Of a stretch of 61,138 nt of DNA, positions 1 to 10,435 are shown piece by piece. The notes under the pieces are model-generated. The model made no database searches. It was not told where the DNA came from and saw nothing but the letters and a program-made list of their open reading frames with translations. The DNA lies in contig CALKOM010000095.1 of NCBI GenBank assembly GCA_938091905.1, positions 1-61,138 on the forward strand, read 5' to 3'. Source of the stretch: an uncultured Verrucomicrobiales bacterium (GTDB lineage: Bacteria > Verrucomicrobiota > Verrucomicrobiia > Verrucomicrobiales > DEV007). Made by a program: the position numbers and the translations under genes. The stretch's first letter is position 1, and each line of letters opens with the position of its first letter.

Positions 1-998
1 GGGATCACGTAGCATCGGTTGCAGCAGTGGCCTTCTAGCGCAAACATATCGTTCGGCAGTCCTGGCCAATGGGTGCCGTTGGAATTGACCCACCAGGTGT
101 ATCCGTAGTCAGGATTCAGTTCTTGTGAGGATCGTGTGGCGAGTTCCATCCACCACTGAGGAATGAGTTGTTCACCATTCCATGCGCCTTGATGAAGTGC
201 CAGGTATCCAAACCGGGCCAGCTCGCGCGCTGAAATATGGAGTCCGACATGGGCATTGGTGTGAGGCCCGAGGCACCCGCTACCGCCCAGCACATCCCAG
301 CTTGCCTGCTCGATCCCAATCAGATCAAATAGCCGCTCCTTCACATAATCATGCATCTCCATTCCTGTGATATGCGCGAAGATCAATGACAAATGCGTCA
401 GGGCTGGATCACTGTAATCCCATCGCGTCCCAGGCTCTGCCGCCAGCTTGTCCACCCACTTGCCGTCACTGTTTGCACAACGACCGAGTGCGTGTTCATA
501 CGGCCCCTCTCCAGTGATCGTCGGGGTGCCATAGATCCCCTTCGATTCACCAGGAATGCCTGAGGTCATACTTAGGAGATGACGAATCGTAATCGCTTCT
601 TTACCAGGATCCGACAGCGGGAGGCCATCTGGAATGAACACATATGCTGGGCTGTCCAAATCCACCTGTTGCCCGTTGGGAAGACGTCCCTGGCGGCTGT
701 CTTCTAATAGTAGCCCCCACGCGGTACCTGTCACGGATTTGGTGCAGGACCACACGTCAAACCGGCTTGTCGCCATGGTCATGAAGGTCGCGTGTTCGCG
801 TACTAAGTAGCCGTTTCGGATGATGACAGCGTTCCAGGAACACCCCCCAAAGAGGATTGATTGCAGATCAAATAGCCGATCGAGCTTGCTGGCATCCATG
901 TTTGCTTTGGATGCGATCTCCTCCGTTGCCAGACAAGGCCAACCTCCCTGTGACTCGCTTGGCGGATAATAGGGGCTCTGGTCGTGAGAAGGAGTCAT
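1..998 (-). CDS. Serine hydrolase, beta-lactamase/AmpC-like family (3' end runs off the window)
   Basis: Not in the ORF track because there is no stop inside the window. Manual translation from ATG 998 gives MTPSHDQSPYYPPSESQGGW...FDVWSCTKS (SxxK)...ITIRHLLSMTSG...PGTRWDYSD...SARELARFGYL...YGYTWW. Confidence 0.85.
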   Translation of the reverse strand, partial: MTPSHDQSPYYPPSESQGGWPCLATEEIASKANMDASKLDRLFDLQSILFGGCSWNAVIIRNGYLVREHATFMTMATSRFDVWSCTKSVTGTAWGLLLEDSRQGRLPNGQQVDLDSPAYVFIPDGLPLSDPGKEAITIRHLLSMTSGIPGESKGIYGTPTITGEGPYEHALGRCANSDGKWVDKLAAEPGTRWDYSDPALTHLSLIFAHITGMEMHDYVKERLFDLIGIEQASWDVLGGSGCLGPHTNAHVGLHISARELARFGYLALHQGAWNGEQLIPQWWMELATRSSQELNPDYGYTWWVNSNGTHWPGLPNDMFALEGHCCNRCYVI

Positions 999-1076
999 GC
1001 TTGAAACAAAGTGAAAGATAGCGGTGAATGAAGACCAATCACTAACCTAGATTCCCTCTCTCATTGTCGGCGCTTG

Positions 1077-1880
1077 CTATGACTTTGGCGCTGCGGGTAA
1101 TTTGGAAAGCTCTAAAACAACTGGACGATGATCGGAGACCAACGGCTCCTCCAGCACATCGATCTTCTCGACTTTCCAGCCATCGAGGTTTCGAAACATG
1201 ATGAAGTCGATCTCACTCCGTGGCTTGTCCGATGGAATGGTGAAACGGTCTTCACCCTTATCAGGAATGGTCCACTCCTTGGCGAAGATCTTCATCACTT
1301 CACTGTCTGGTCTTGAATTGAAATCGCCTGCGAGTATGACAGGCCGCGTTTCGTCCTTGAGAATCTCCAACAGTCGCTGGGCCTGTGCTAGGCGTTGGGC
1401 ACGTGTGGCGTAGAAGTGAATCCCAGCAAAGACGATCTCCGGACCATTCTCAATGGGAACCACCGTGATGGCGAGCACGGTGCGTGGCTCTTGCCCATCA
1501 GGCAGACGGTGATTCGCGACGTTGGTGGCCTTGTTCTTTGAAAGAATGGCCATGCCATATTCGCCACCTTGGAAGTCAAAGAAAGGTCCAAACTCAGCGT
1601 GCATTTCTGTGAGTCGACCGAGTTCTTTCGTCTGATCCACCTTACCCGTTCTTTCCGTAGATTTATCAATTTCTTGAAGCGCCACCAAATCTGGATCCAC
1701 GCGCTTGATCAACGCCGCAGACCGGCTCAAATCCACTTTCCCATCCATGCCGTAGCCGTGCTTGATGTTGTAGGCGAGGACTTTCAATGTCGGTTGCTCG
1801 TTGGCAGCAAGCAGGATCGGCAAGACAAGCAGAACCGCTTGGATCAAGTGGCGGAAATTCAGAATAGGTCTTTGAATCAT
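1077..1880 (-). CDS. Secreted endonuclease/exonuclease/phosphatase (EEP) family protein
   Basis: Motifs YNIKHG, LVALQE, GDFNS, IDFI and SDHRP; N-terminal signal peptide. Confidence 0.9.
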   Translation of the reverse strand: MIQRPILNFRHLIQAVLLVLPILLAANEQPTLKVLAYNIKHGYGMDGKVDLSRSAALIKRVDPDLVALQEIDKSTERTGKVDQTKELGRLTEMHAEFGPFFDFQGGEYGMAILSKNKATNVANHRLPDGQEPRTVLAITVVPIENGPEIVFAGIHFYATRAQRLAQAQRLLEILKDETRPVILAGDFNSRPDSEVMKIFAKEWTIPDKGEDRFTIPSDKPRSEIDFIMFRNLDGWKVEKIDVLEEPLVSDHRPVVLELSKLPAAPKS

Positions 1881-1960
1881 AGGTTGGTCAGTGGGTATTC
1901 GCCGATGAGCCTAACTGGGGTGAGCATTCCTCCAAGCGAAACTCTTCACGCCATGGCTAG

Positions 1961-2016
1961 GTAGATTCGACTGGCAGTCGAATGGCTAGGTTGGCAGAAT
2001 CGACTGGCAGTCGAAA
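1961..2016 (+). repeat. Two tandem REP-like palindromes, family B (core TCGACTG-G-CAGTCGA)
   Basis: GTAG-ATTCGACTGGCAGTCGAAT at 1961-1983 and a second core at 2000-2014, each preceded by ATGGCTAGGT. A third copy lies at 7325-7346. Confidence 0.75.
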
Positions 2017-2025
2017 GGACCCACC

Positions 2026-4101
2026 ATGCCTCAAACCTCCACCCTTCTTTCCGTCCTACTATACCTTTGCTTAGCGGCTACCGCCTACGCCATTCCGATT
2101 GGCGCTGCTAAACTAGACATCACCCCAGACTACCCGACACTTCTTGCAGGCTATGGCAGCCGGACCACGCCTTCGGAAGGTGTGGATGAGCGACTCTGGG
2201 CTCGCGCCCTCGCCATGGGCAAGGCCAACCCGGTCGTGGTCATCGCGGTCGACAATTGTGGCGTTCCCAAAGCGTCTAGTGATCGTGTGGCGAAAGCGCT
2301 AGAAGCTTCACACAATCTTCCAAGAGATCGCGTGGTGGTCATGTCGACCCACACGCACAACGCGCCGGCCCTCACAGGATACGCGGTCATCCTTTGGAGT
2401 GGCCGCGCTCCCAAAGAGCATGTCGATACGATGGAACGTTACACGCGCTGGCTGGAAGAACGGCTTGTCGAGGTGGCAAGCAAGGCTCTTGATACGCGCA
2501 CTGAAGGCAAGCTCTCCTGGGGCCAAGGGCGCGTCGCCTTTGGGGGCAATCGACGAATTCTCAGTGAAGAGGGCTGGCAAGGCTTTGGATTTCAAATCGA
2601 CAAACCCGTCGATCATAGCATGCCCCTATTGTTAGCCACAGGATCCGATGGAAAGCCCATCGCGACTTGGTGCAACTACGCCTGCCATTGCACCACCTTG
2701 GGAGCTCGCAATCACCTTTCCGGTGATTGGGCAGGCTTTGCCAATGCGGCGGTCGAAGAACGCCATCCCAATGCCATCGCTCTAACAACCATCGGATGCG
2801 GTGCCGATGTCGGGCCCCAACCATCAGGCGGCGCTGGCGATGCGCAGGCGCATGGCCGGTCCATTGCCAAGGAAATCCAGCGCCTCATGCAGGAGGATAA
2901 GCTCAAAACTCTATTAGAACCGCTACGATCGGCTAGCAAGACTGTTCAATTGCCCTTCGCACCGATCCCTGAGCGGTCCACGTGGGAAGAGAAGGCCGAA
3001 ACAGGAGGTTTCGATGGCGACCACGCCAAACAGCAGCTTGCTCGGCTGGATCGTGGTGAATCGATTCCGACGCATCTTACTTACACTATCACTACATGGA
3101 ATTTCGGCCACGACTTGGGTCTCGTCTTTCTTCCTGGTGAAGTGTGCGTCGATTACGCCTTGCGTTTGAAGACGGAACTCGATTGGCGACGCCTCTGGAT
3201 CAACGGCTGGGCGAACGACGTGCCCTGCTACATTCCCTCCAAACGCATCCTCGCCGAAGGCGGTTACGAATCCGATTTTTCCATGGTCTACTACGACCAA
3301 CCCACCCGTTTCGCCCCAGGCGTCGAAGACATCATTATCGGCGGAGTACGCGATTTGTTAGGTGATCCATTCGAAGCCACTTCTGAAACTGAGTTGGCAC
3401 CATTCTTTGTCCATCCGCTCATCACCGGCGAATCCTCAGAGCCACCGCCAACCATGGGCGAGACTGACAAAGCAGCGATCGAGCAGCAACTCGCGAAGTT
3501 CTCGGCCTACTTTACCATTGAGCGACTGACAAAGCTTTCAACTTTATTCGCCGAAGCGCGAGAAGGGTTTGATCGCAGCGCTTCAAACCCAGAACAAAGC
3601 TACGACAGTTGGCACACCTTCACCGGAACCAAACGCCTCCGCCCCTACATTCGGCAAACAGCCGCCTACACGGAACGGAGCCTGAACTGGGAAACCCCTG
3701 ATCTCGAGATCGGTGACTCGCTGGATGAAACCCAGACGCTAGTATTCGCAGGAGGCTTGGGTTGGGTCTCGGACCCAGAGACGGAGGGCTTCATGCTTGA
3801 GATCAACGGAAAAGCCTGCGTGACTTTCGACGTTACTCGCACACCTCAGGAATGGTCCGACAAGAAGGGCGAGGTTCGACTTCTCTACCTCCCGACCTGG
3901 ACGTCCAACACCGATTCAGGAGGATTCTTCTTTCTCACAGCACCTAACAACATGCTTCAGAATGCTAGCGGCCCCACCACCCTTGGCGTCCGGTCCCTTG
4001 GGAAAGGCTCTCGTCGCTGGTTCGCACTCGACTGTTTCAAAGAATGTCGACAGTATTTCCCTGGCTTGCAGGAATGTCTAGACACCCTAGAACAGCGCTA
4101 G
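2026..4101 (+). CDS. Neutral/alkaline ceramidase-like N-terminal domain protein with an extra unassigned C-terminal domain
   Basis: Signal peptide; motifs DITP, LAGYGSR, THTHNAP, YACHCT, SGDWAG, LPGEV and GGYE. Confidence 0.8.
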   Translation: MPQTSTLLSVLLYLCLAATAYAIPIGAAKLDITPDYPTLLAGYGSRTTPSEGVDERLWARALAMGKANPVVVIAVDNCGVPKASSDRVAKALEASHNLPRDRVVVMSTHTHNAPALTGYAVILWSGRAPKEHVDTMERYTRWLEERLVEVASKALDTRTEGKLSWGQGRVAFGGNRRILSEEGWQGFGFQIDKPVDHSMPLLLATGSDGKPIATWCNYACHCTTLGARNHLSGDWAGFANAAVEERHPNAIALTTIGCGADVGPQPSGGAGDAQAHGRSIAKEIQRLMQEDKLKTLLEPLRSASKTVQLPFAPIPERSTWEEKAETGGFDGDHAKQQLARLDRGESIPTHLTYTITTWNFGHDLGLVFLPGEVCVDYALRLKTELDWRRLWINGWANDVPCYIPSKRILAEGGYESDFSMVYYDQPTRFAPGVEDIIIGGVRDLLGDPFEATSETELAPFFVHPLITGESSEPPPTMGETDKAAIEQQLAKFSAYFTIERLTKLSTLFAEAREGFDRSASNPEQSYDSWHTFTGTKRLRPYIRQTAAYTERSLNWETPDLEIGDSLDETQTLVFAGGLGWVSDPETEGFMLEINGKACVTFDVTRTPQEWSDKKGEVRLLYLPTWTSNTDSGGFFFLTAPNNMLQNASGPTTLGVRSLGKGSRRWFALDCFKECRQYFPGLQECLDTLEQR

Positions 4102-5455
4102 GGGCTCGCCTTCGCAGATCGGGAACGGGCGCCCTTGCTGATCTGTCAGTCTGCTGTGGTGATCGATCCCCATGGCTTTGAAGACCGTCGCGTGGAGATC
4201 GGCTGGTGAACATGCACCGGAGAGGGGCTCGGTTCCCGAGGGATCACTGGCGCCGTAGACTTGGCCTCCGCGAATGCCGCCTCCAGCGAATGCGACAGAG
4301 TAAACTCCTGGATGGTGATCGCGACCGCCGTTGTTGTTGATCTTTGGCGTACGACCGAAATCGGTTAGGAAGACGACCAAGGTTTCGTCAAGTAGGCCAC
4401 GTTGTTCGAGGTCGGTCAGAAGCGCGGAGACCGAGTGGTCAAACAACGGCAGCAGGCGGTCTTTCATCTTCGCGAAATGTCCGCGGTGCGTGTCCCAGTT
4501 GTCACCGCCACCACCCGCCAGGTCACCGGCGGAACACAAGGCCTGCACGACAGGAACACCTGCCTCGATCAGGCGACGGGACAGTAGCAGCGACTGTCCG
4601 CAAATGTGATCGCCGTACATGGCGCGGACACGGGGGTCTTCCTGCTCGAGATCGTAAGCATCCCTCACTGGCGAGCCGAGTAGCATGTCGGCTGCCATCT
4701 GGCGGAAACGGTCGAGTTGGTCGTAGGCTTGGCTTTTACCAAGACGATGATCGAGTTCTTCTAGCAAAGCGCGTCGATCGCGCAGGCGCCCACTGTCTAA
4801 GTGAAGCTTTAGATTGAGTTCGCGATCAGTGTAACGGGTCACCCCGGCGTACTCTTCACCCCCAGGAGTTCGCATCAAGATAGGGTCGTAGTCCGAGCCT
4901 AACCAACCGCCATACTCACCTGCCATCAGCGTGCCATTGTCATACATCGAGTAGGGCAAACGCACTGCACCCGGCGTGTTAGCGTGAGGGTCATGGAAAC
5001 GCGAAATCATCGCTGGTAGTGAGGGCCAACTCTTGCGGCTCTTTGCCTTCAACCCGCCTTCCGGGTTGTGTCCTGTCAGGGTGACATACATGCCCCCTTG
5101 GTGTCCGCCTTGACCGTGATGAACGGAACGGACGACGGCGAGTTTCTCAGAATGCTTGGCGAGTAGCGGCAAATGCTCGCAGAATTGCATCCCGGGAGTG
5201 GCCGTCGGAATAGCGCCGAACTCGCCGCGGGTCGCACTGGGGCCTTCAGGCTTGGGATCGAACGATTCCAAGTGGCTCATGCCGCCCCAGGTGTAAAGAA
5301 CGATGTATGATCTCGTAAAGAACGATGCATGATCTCGCTTTGGTCGCGACGCCTGCGGCCTGGGCCTGCATCTTGAAGAACGTGGGCAGGGTGAGGCCCG
5401 TCATGCCAACACATGATTGTAAAAATCCTCTCCGTGAATGGTGTAATCCTAACAT
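4087..5455 (-). pseudogene. DUF1501 family protein (Tat-like leader), frameshifted by a 22-bp tandem duplication
   Basis: The 5' part MLGLHHSRRGFLQ...KARSCIVLY and the 3' part GGMSHLESFDPKP...WDTH...DFGRTPKIN..GRDHHP are in different frames. The duplication is at 5293-5314/5315-5336. Confidence 0.85.
5293..5336. repeat. 22-bp tandem duplication with 1 mismatch
   Basis: gtaaagaacgatgTatgatctc followed by gtaaagaacgatgCatgatctc. Confidence 0.95.
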
Positions 5456-5480
5456 GTCTTCTTAGCGATAACTTAAAGAA

Positions 5481-6365
5481 TCAAGGAGCCTGATTCAAGC
5501 TACTTTCCGGGATCACCGCACGGGACGGGTTGAGCACCGATCTGAAATAGCCGAGTGGTTGCTCGTTCTCGTCTGTGATCACCCAGGTAGCGTCTGAGAA
5601 AGTGTTCCGCTTCAGGGTCTTCCCGGCCCCGATGTCTGCGTAGAATTTCAAACCGCCTTTCCCATACTGGACCCAGAAGAGTTTCACGGGGGCACGGCGT
5701 TTGTTCTCGAAGTACACTGTGGTGAATGTGCCCGTGACAGAGACAGGTGGCTCAGCAGGACCTGCGGGATGCCATTCAAGATCAACCATTGGCTCGGTGG
5801 GTTCCTTGGCTTTCTTGGCAGCCTCGGCGGCGATCTTATCCAGGTCCACCCCACCCGTGATCTTGAGATTGGGCAGCGCTGTTTGCAATCGCCGTGCCCC
5901 GTCATCGCTGATGTCGGTTTCCCAGATGAACAAGTGAATGAGACTCTCTAACTCTTTTAAATACCCCAGCGAAGCGTCCGTGATCTTAGTCGAATAGAGA
6001 TTCAGGTATTCCAAATTCTTCAAACCAGCAAGGTGCTCGATACCGTCATCGCTGATCGCCGTGCGCTCGAGGTGCAGTCGTTTCAAGCCGCTCAAGGTGG
6101 TCAAGTGCATCAGACCCGCATCCGTGATCTTGGTGTCACGCAGATTGAGCGAAATGATATCCGTTCTACCAGCGACGCAGGCCAAACCAACATCACTCAA
6201 GTCTCGGGCCGTGAGGTGAAACTCAACAGCAATGCCGCCACCGAGTCCTGTCACTTTCCCACCTGCCTTGGTGATGGCCGGCTCATCGTCAGCCAATGCC
6301 GTAAACGTTGGCAGAAGCACCAGGAATAGTGCTTGGAATATTCGTCTGCGTATCGAAAGGACCAT
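5481..6365 (-). CDS. Secreted leucine-rich repeat protein with a C-terminal VHL-beta-like domain
   Basis: LRR units LxxLxLxxTxITDxGL; C-terminal VYFENKRRAPVKLFWVQY..G....Y..I......RNTF....W. ATG 6365 is preferred because it gives a signal peptide. Confidence 0.8.
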   Translation of the reverse strand: MVLSIRRRIFQALFLVLLPTFTALADDEPAITKAGGKVTGLGGGIAVEFHLTARDLSDVGLACVAGRTDIISLNLRDTKITDAGLMHLTTLSGLKRLHLERTAISDDGIEHLAGLKNLEYLNLYSTKITDASLGYLKELESLIHLFIWETDISDDGARRLQTALPNLKITGGVDLDKIAAEAAKKAKEPTEPMVDLEWHPAGPAEPPVSVTGTFTTVYFENKRRAPVKLFWVQYGKGGLKFYADIGAGKTLKRNTFSDATWVITDENEQPLGYFRSVLNPSRAVIPESSLNQAP

Positions 6366-6472
6366 AAGAATCTCCAGAACTATCCATTGAATCCAGAGCT
6401 TTGTGCAACCCAAACCTTAGCAGTCGACACCACCGAGATGGCTTGGCATCCTCCCATCAACCCAGGTACCCT

Positions 6473-7234
6473 ATGTTGATACGTTCTAAACTGCTGGTCC
6501 TCACCGCCTCCGTCGTGATGCCATTCCAAGCTGTCATGGCCGAAGAGGCTAAAAAAGCACATCCTTCCACCCATCCTGAAGTTCGGCTAGCATCGTGGTG
6601 GTTTGCTCGCCACGCCGAGAAGATTGCCGAGATCGAGAAGGCCAACGATCCGAAGGTGGACAAGAAGATCGAGTTGCTCATGGTTGGTGACTCGATCACG
6701 AACAATTTCGATAAAAACGGCCCTGGCGAGCCTGTCTGGGAGAAACACTTCGCCCCTTTGAATGCCTTGAACTTGGGATTTGGCGGTGATCGTACCAACC
6801 ATGTCTTATGGCGATTGGAACACCTTCCAAAGCTAACGGAATCTCCAACAGCGGCATCCCTTATGATCGGCACGAACAACATCTGCTGGGGGAGCGACCA
6901 TCCCAAACAGGCTGCCGACGGCGTTCATGCGATCGCCAAGAAACTCCATTCGATGTATCCCGAGATGAAGATCCTCGTCCTCGGCGTCTTCCCACGCCGC
7001 CCCAATCTCGACCACCCGCATCGCAAGCAGATCATCGAACTCAACTCCTATCTGCCCGACCTACTTGAGAATGTCCCTAACGTGACCTTTAAAGACATCG
7101 GGCCCGCGTTCCTCGACGACAAGGGATTCCTCTCAAAAGAGATGATGCCCGACACCACGCACCCGAGCGAGCGAGGTCACGAGATCTGGGCGGAAGCGAT
7201 CGTGCCGACGCTCAAGACCATGATGGTCAAATGA
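6473..7234 (+). CDS. SGNH/GDSL hydrolase (PAF-acetylhydrolase-like)
   Basis: Motifs GDSIT, GFGGD, GTNN and DTTHP; signal peptide from ATG 6473. Confidence 0.9.
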   Translation: MLIRSKLLVLTASVVMPFQAVMAEEAKKAHPSTHPEVRLASWWFARHAEKIAEIEKANDPKVDKKIELLMVGDSITNNFDKNGPGEPVWEKHFAPLNALNLGFGGDRTNHVLWRLEHLPKLTESPTAASLMIGTNNICWGSDHPKQAADGVHAIAKKLHSMYPEMKILVLGVFPRRPNLDHPHRKQIIELNSYLPDLLENVPNVTFKDIGPAFLDDKGFLSKEMMPDTTHPSERGHEIWAEAIVPTLKTMMVK

Positions 7235-7324
7235 CCGCAACTTGGCCTTCTTCCTCTCCGGGTTCCTCGAACAAACAAGTAGGTTCCCATCCCAACAAGT
7301 CGCTACGAATTCCATTGGGCTACC

Positions 7325-7346
7325 GTAGTCTCGACTGGCAGTCGAA
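7325..7346 (+). repeat. REP-like palindrome, family B, third copy
   Basis: GTAG-TC-TCGACTGGCAGTCGA-A, intergenic. Confidence 0.7.
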
Positions 7347-7400
7347 GAGCCCTAAGAGAACACGCTGGTATTGGCCCGTGCCTTGCGTCATTCTCCCCGC

Positions 7401-10373
7401 ATGAACGCCCCAGCGCCTGGCCTTCTTCTGGTCACCATCCTGTTGATCACCTCGGCGACTGATGCTCTAGCAGAGCAGTCAGAACCAGCGACCTTGCAGT
7501 CGCGGTTCCAAGAACTCGTGCAGCCCGTTTTGCAGCGTTACTGTTATGATTGCCACGGAGAGAAGAAGCAGAAATCGGGCGTTCGGATGGATGTTCTCGA
7601 CGGCAGTCTGGAAGATAAACAACTCTTCCAATGGAAGCACGTTCTGGATCAATTGAAGAACGAGGCCATGCCGCCGGAGGACGAGGATCAACTTACCGAG
7701 GCGGAGCGTGAGGCCGTTCTGCAGTGGATTTCTCAAGCCTTGCTGGAAGGAGAACGCAAAGTGCGAGCCAAGAACGGCTCCGTACGTCGACTTACCGTGG
7801 CGCAGTTTCATCACACGTTACGTGATCTGTTAGGTGTCGAAGATCGATTGGCCGACTTGCTGCCAGCTGATGGCATCTCAGAGGAAGGCTTTACGAATAA
7901 CCAGGACACGCTGGTATTGACGCCGCAAATGTTAGAGACTTACTTCGAGATCGCTGACCGGGCGCTTGACCTTTGTCTGGTGGACGAGACCCAAAGGCCG
8001 CAGGTGCAAAGTTTCCGTGTGGAGCTCGGCTCCGGCGTGAACGCAGCGCCAACGACAGATCACTTGCAGCTCAATGGGCCCAAACTGCTTTCGAAGCCGG
8101 ACTACACGGTGCGCGAAGTGGTCCCAGAGAAAGCCTTTGCCTTCGAGCCTGCGGCCATGCAACAGACGATGCGTTTCATCGAAGGTTACAAAGGCAATGC
8201 GACGGTGCGTGAATGGAAGACCTTTGAGGGACTCTATCACTCTGTCTTTGCCGCCATGACGGGAAGGCACACGGGTGGCTACAATTACGGGAGATTTTCG
8301 CATCTCGTGAGGGAAGGACTCTTGCTGCGACCTCGATCGCCCAACACCAATCCCGTGAGTGGCCCCGCACCGACCTTCGCCGTGCTCATGCGCGAGTTGC
8401 CGATGTCGGGTATGTTGCAAGTCACAGTGCAAGCGGCGCGCTATGATGACGGCTTTCAGCCACACACTGCAGCTCCGGAATCAGACGTCCGCATCGAAGT
8501 CGACATCGCCAGTGGGAAGGAAGCGACTCTGACCATGCCTGCGCCCGGTGTGTATCAGCTCGATGTGGTGCTGGACGGCCCTCCCAAAGACGATGTGATG
8601 ATTGCTGACATCGGCTCGCGCACCTTCTCCAAACGGGTGAAAGGTAAGTTCACACCTGATGCCGATGGCGAAGTGATCGTGCCTTTGCTCGTCGCCCGAT
8701 TTACCAATGAAGCTCATTCGCTCAAGATTCGAAATGGTAAGGGAGACAACCTTCAACGCGTTGTGATCACACCGGTTGCCGAAGAGAGCGAGCATGGCCG
8801 ACAGTTTGCGGCTTTTGATAAACGTGTTCCGTACGTGAGTGTGCACATGGGCGTGCGCACGGATGTGGGGCCTCGACTTTCGAGATTTGCCGATCCCTTG
8901 CCCGTCCCTTCGGCGACGCTCGAACGGATTGCGTTCCGGGCGCCTCTGAGCAGTTTCGCGTCTCCAGATACGGAGACGGACAACGTCAATTACCTCGCTG
9001 GTCTGCGCGAGATTGGCATTCGTAGCGAGCCGACGGACAACCGGCAGATTCCTCGTGTGCTTGTAAGGGCGGTTGAGGTCGAAGGGCCCTTCTATGAAAC
9101 CTGGCCTCCCAACGGGCATCGCGACATCTTCTTCCTCTCGCCTCATAAAGATGATCCGCCGACCTACGCGAATAAAGTGATCAAAGGCTTTGCCACACGC
9201 GCTTTCCGTCGACCGCCTGACGAGAAGGAGCTGGAATCGCTTCTAGCAGTGTGGCGAGAGCGCTATGAACAGACAGAGGACTTCCAAGGCAGCGTACGCG
9301 AGGCTCTCCTGGTCGTGCTGACTTCCCCGCAGTTCCTCTATCTCACGGAAAAGAGCGCGGGACCGCAAGCCGAGCCCCTTTCGCCCCATGAGCTGGCCGC
9401 CAAACTCTCCTACTTCCTGTGGAATACTACGCCCGACGAACAGCTGCTGTCATTGGCCTCCGATGGAGAATTGCAAGACGCGCTGCCATCACAAGTCGAT
9501 CGCTTGATGGCGGATGATCGATTCAGCCAGTTTGCTAACGCGTTCGTTTCTGGGTGGCTGAATCTCGACAAATTCGATGTGGTGAACATCAATCGGCGGA
9601 AATTTCCTCGCCTAGGCAAAGAGACGCAACGCGCGCTGCGCCAAGAACCCATCCACTTTATCACGCATCTCTTACGGGAGAACCTACCTTTGCGTCATCT
9701 CATTGGCTCGGACTTCATTGTCGCCAATGACGTGGTGGCGGGCTACTACGGCTTGGGGAATGAAGCGGAACATGGGCTATCATTTGCGCCCATGGCCCAC
9801 CGGAACGAATCCTTAGGCGGCATCCTCACACAAGCCGCCATCCTCTCCGGCCTCTCCAATGGCAGTGAGTCGAATCCCATCAAACGCGGCGCTTGGTTTG
9901 CGCGCAAGATCATCGCGGAACCACCCGAACCACCGCCGCCCAACGTGCCTGATCTCCCCGAAGGCGACGAAGCCAAAGGCAAGACGCTCCGCGAACGGTT
10001 GGAAATGCACCGTGACGTCAAGGGCTGCAGGCAGTGTCATCAGAAGATTGATCCGTGGGGAATCCCCTTTGAAGCCTTCGATGCTGGTGGACTGCTGAAG
10101 CGATCCAAGGTGGATACGCGTTCGACGCTTCCTGACAACACCCCTATCGCCGACGTCACGGATTTGAAACGTTACCTAACAAGCGAGCGACTGGATCAAG
10201 TGGCTTTCAGCTTCCTCCAACACCTCGCCAGTTATGCTGTGGGTCGCAGCCTTACATTCAATGAGATGGAGTATCTACGCCGCGAAGGCCCTAACACACT
10301 TGCTGCAGCTGACTATCGGATGCGAGATTGTGTGTTGTTCGTGATCGAGAGCCCGCTGTTCTTAGAGAAATGA
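7401..10373 (+). CDS. Planctomycete-type cytochrome c / DUF1587-DUF1595-DUF1592-DUF1588-DUF1585 protein
   Basis: CYDCH and CRQCH heme motifs; RRLT..F..TLRDLLG, RAFRRP, LSYFLW..TPD, SNPIKRG and PPPPNVP. Confidence 0.9.
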   Translation: MNAPAPGLLLVTILLITSATDALAEQSEPATLQSRFQELVQPVLQRYCYDCHGEKKQKSGVRMDVLDGSLEDKQLFQWKHVLDQLKNEAMPPEDEDQLTEAEREAVLQWISQALLEGERKVRAKNGSVRRLTVAQFHHTLRDLLGVEDRLADLLPADGISEEGFTNNQDTLVLTPQMLETYFEIADRALDLCLVDETQRPQVQSFRVELGSGVNAAPTTDHLQLNGPKLLSKPDYTVREVVPEKAFAFEPAAMQQTMRFIEGYKGNATVREWKTFEGLYHSVFAAMTGRHTGGYNYGRFSHLVREGLLLRPRSPNTNPVSGPAPTFAVLMRELPMSGMLQVTVQAARYDDGFQPHTAAPESDVRIEVDIASGKEATLTMPAPGVYQLDVVLDGPPKDDVMIADIGSRTFSKRVKGKFTPDADGEVIVPLLVARFTNEAHSLKIRNGKGDNLQRVVITPVAEESEHGRQFAAFDKRVPYVSVHMGVRTDVGPRLSRFADPLPVPSATLERIAFRAPLSSFASPDTETDNVNYLAGLREIGIRSEPTDNRQIPRVLVRAVEVEGPFYETWPPNGHRDIFFLSPHKDDPPTYANKVIKGFATRAFRRPPDEKELESLLAVWRERYEQTEDFQGSVREALLVVLTSPQFLYLTEKSAGPQAEPLSPHELAAKLSYFLWNTTPDEQLLSLASDGELQDALPSQVDRLMADDRFSQFANAFVSGWLNLDKFDVVNINRRKFPRLGKETQRALRQEPIHFITHLLRENLPLRHLIGSDFIVANDVVAGYYGLGNEAEHGLSFAPMAHRNESLGGILTQAAILSGLSNGSESNPIKRGAWFARKIIAEPPEPPPPNVPDLPEGDEAKGKTLRERLEMHRDVKGCRQCHQKIDPWGIPFEAFDAGGLLKRSKVDTRSTLPDNTPIADVTDLKRYLTSERLDQVAFSFLQHLASYAVGRSLTFNEMEYLRREGPNTLAAADYRMRDCVLFVIESPLFLEK

Positions 10374-10435
10374 CCCCCGTAGGGCGCTCCTCACCCCCCT
10401 CCGCGTCATTCACCGACTTTCGTGGTTCTAGATCT

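Noticed and set aside
1..998. Bona fide beta-lactamase resistance gene
   Set aside because: SxxK is present, but YSD replaces YxN and there is no signal peptide; a generic esterase or amidase is more likely.
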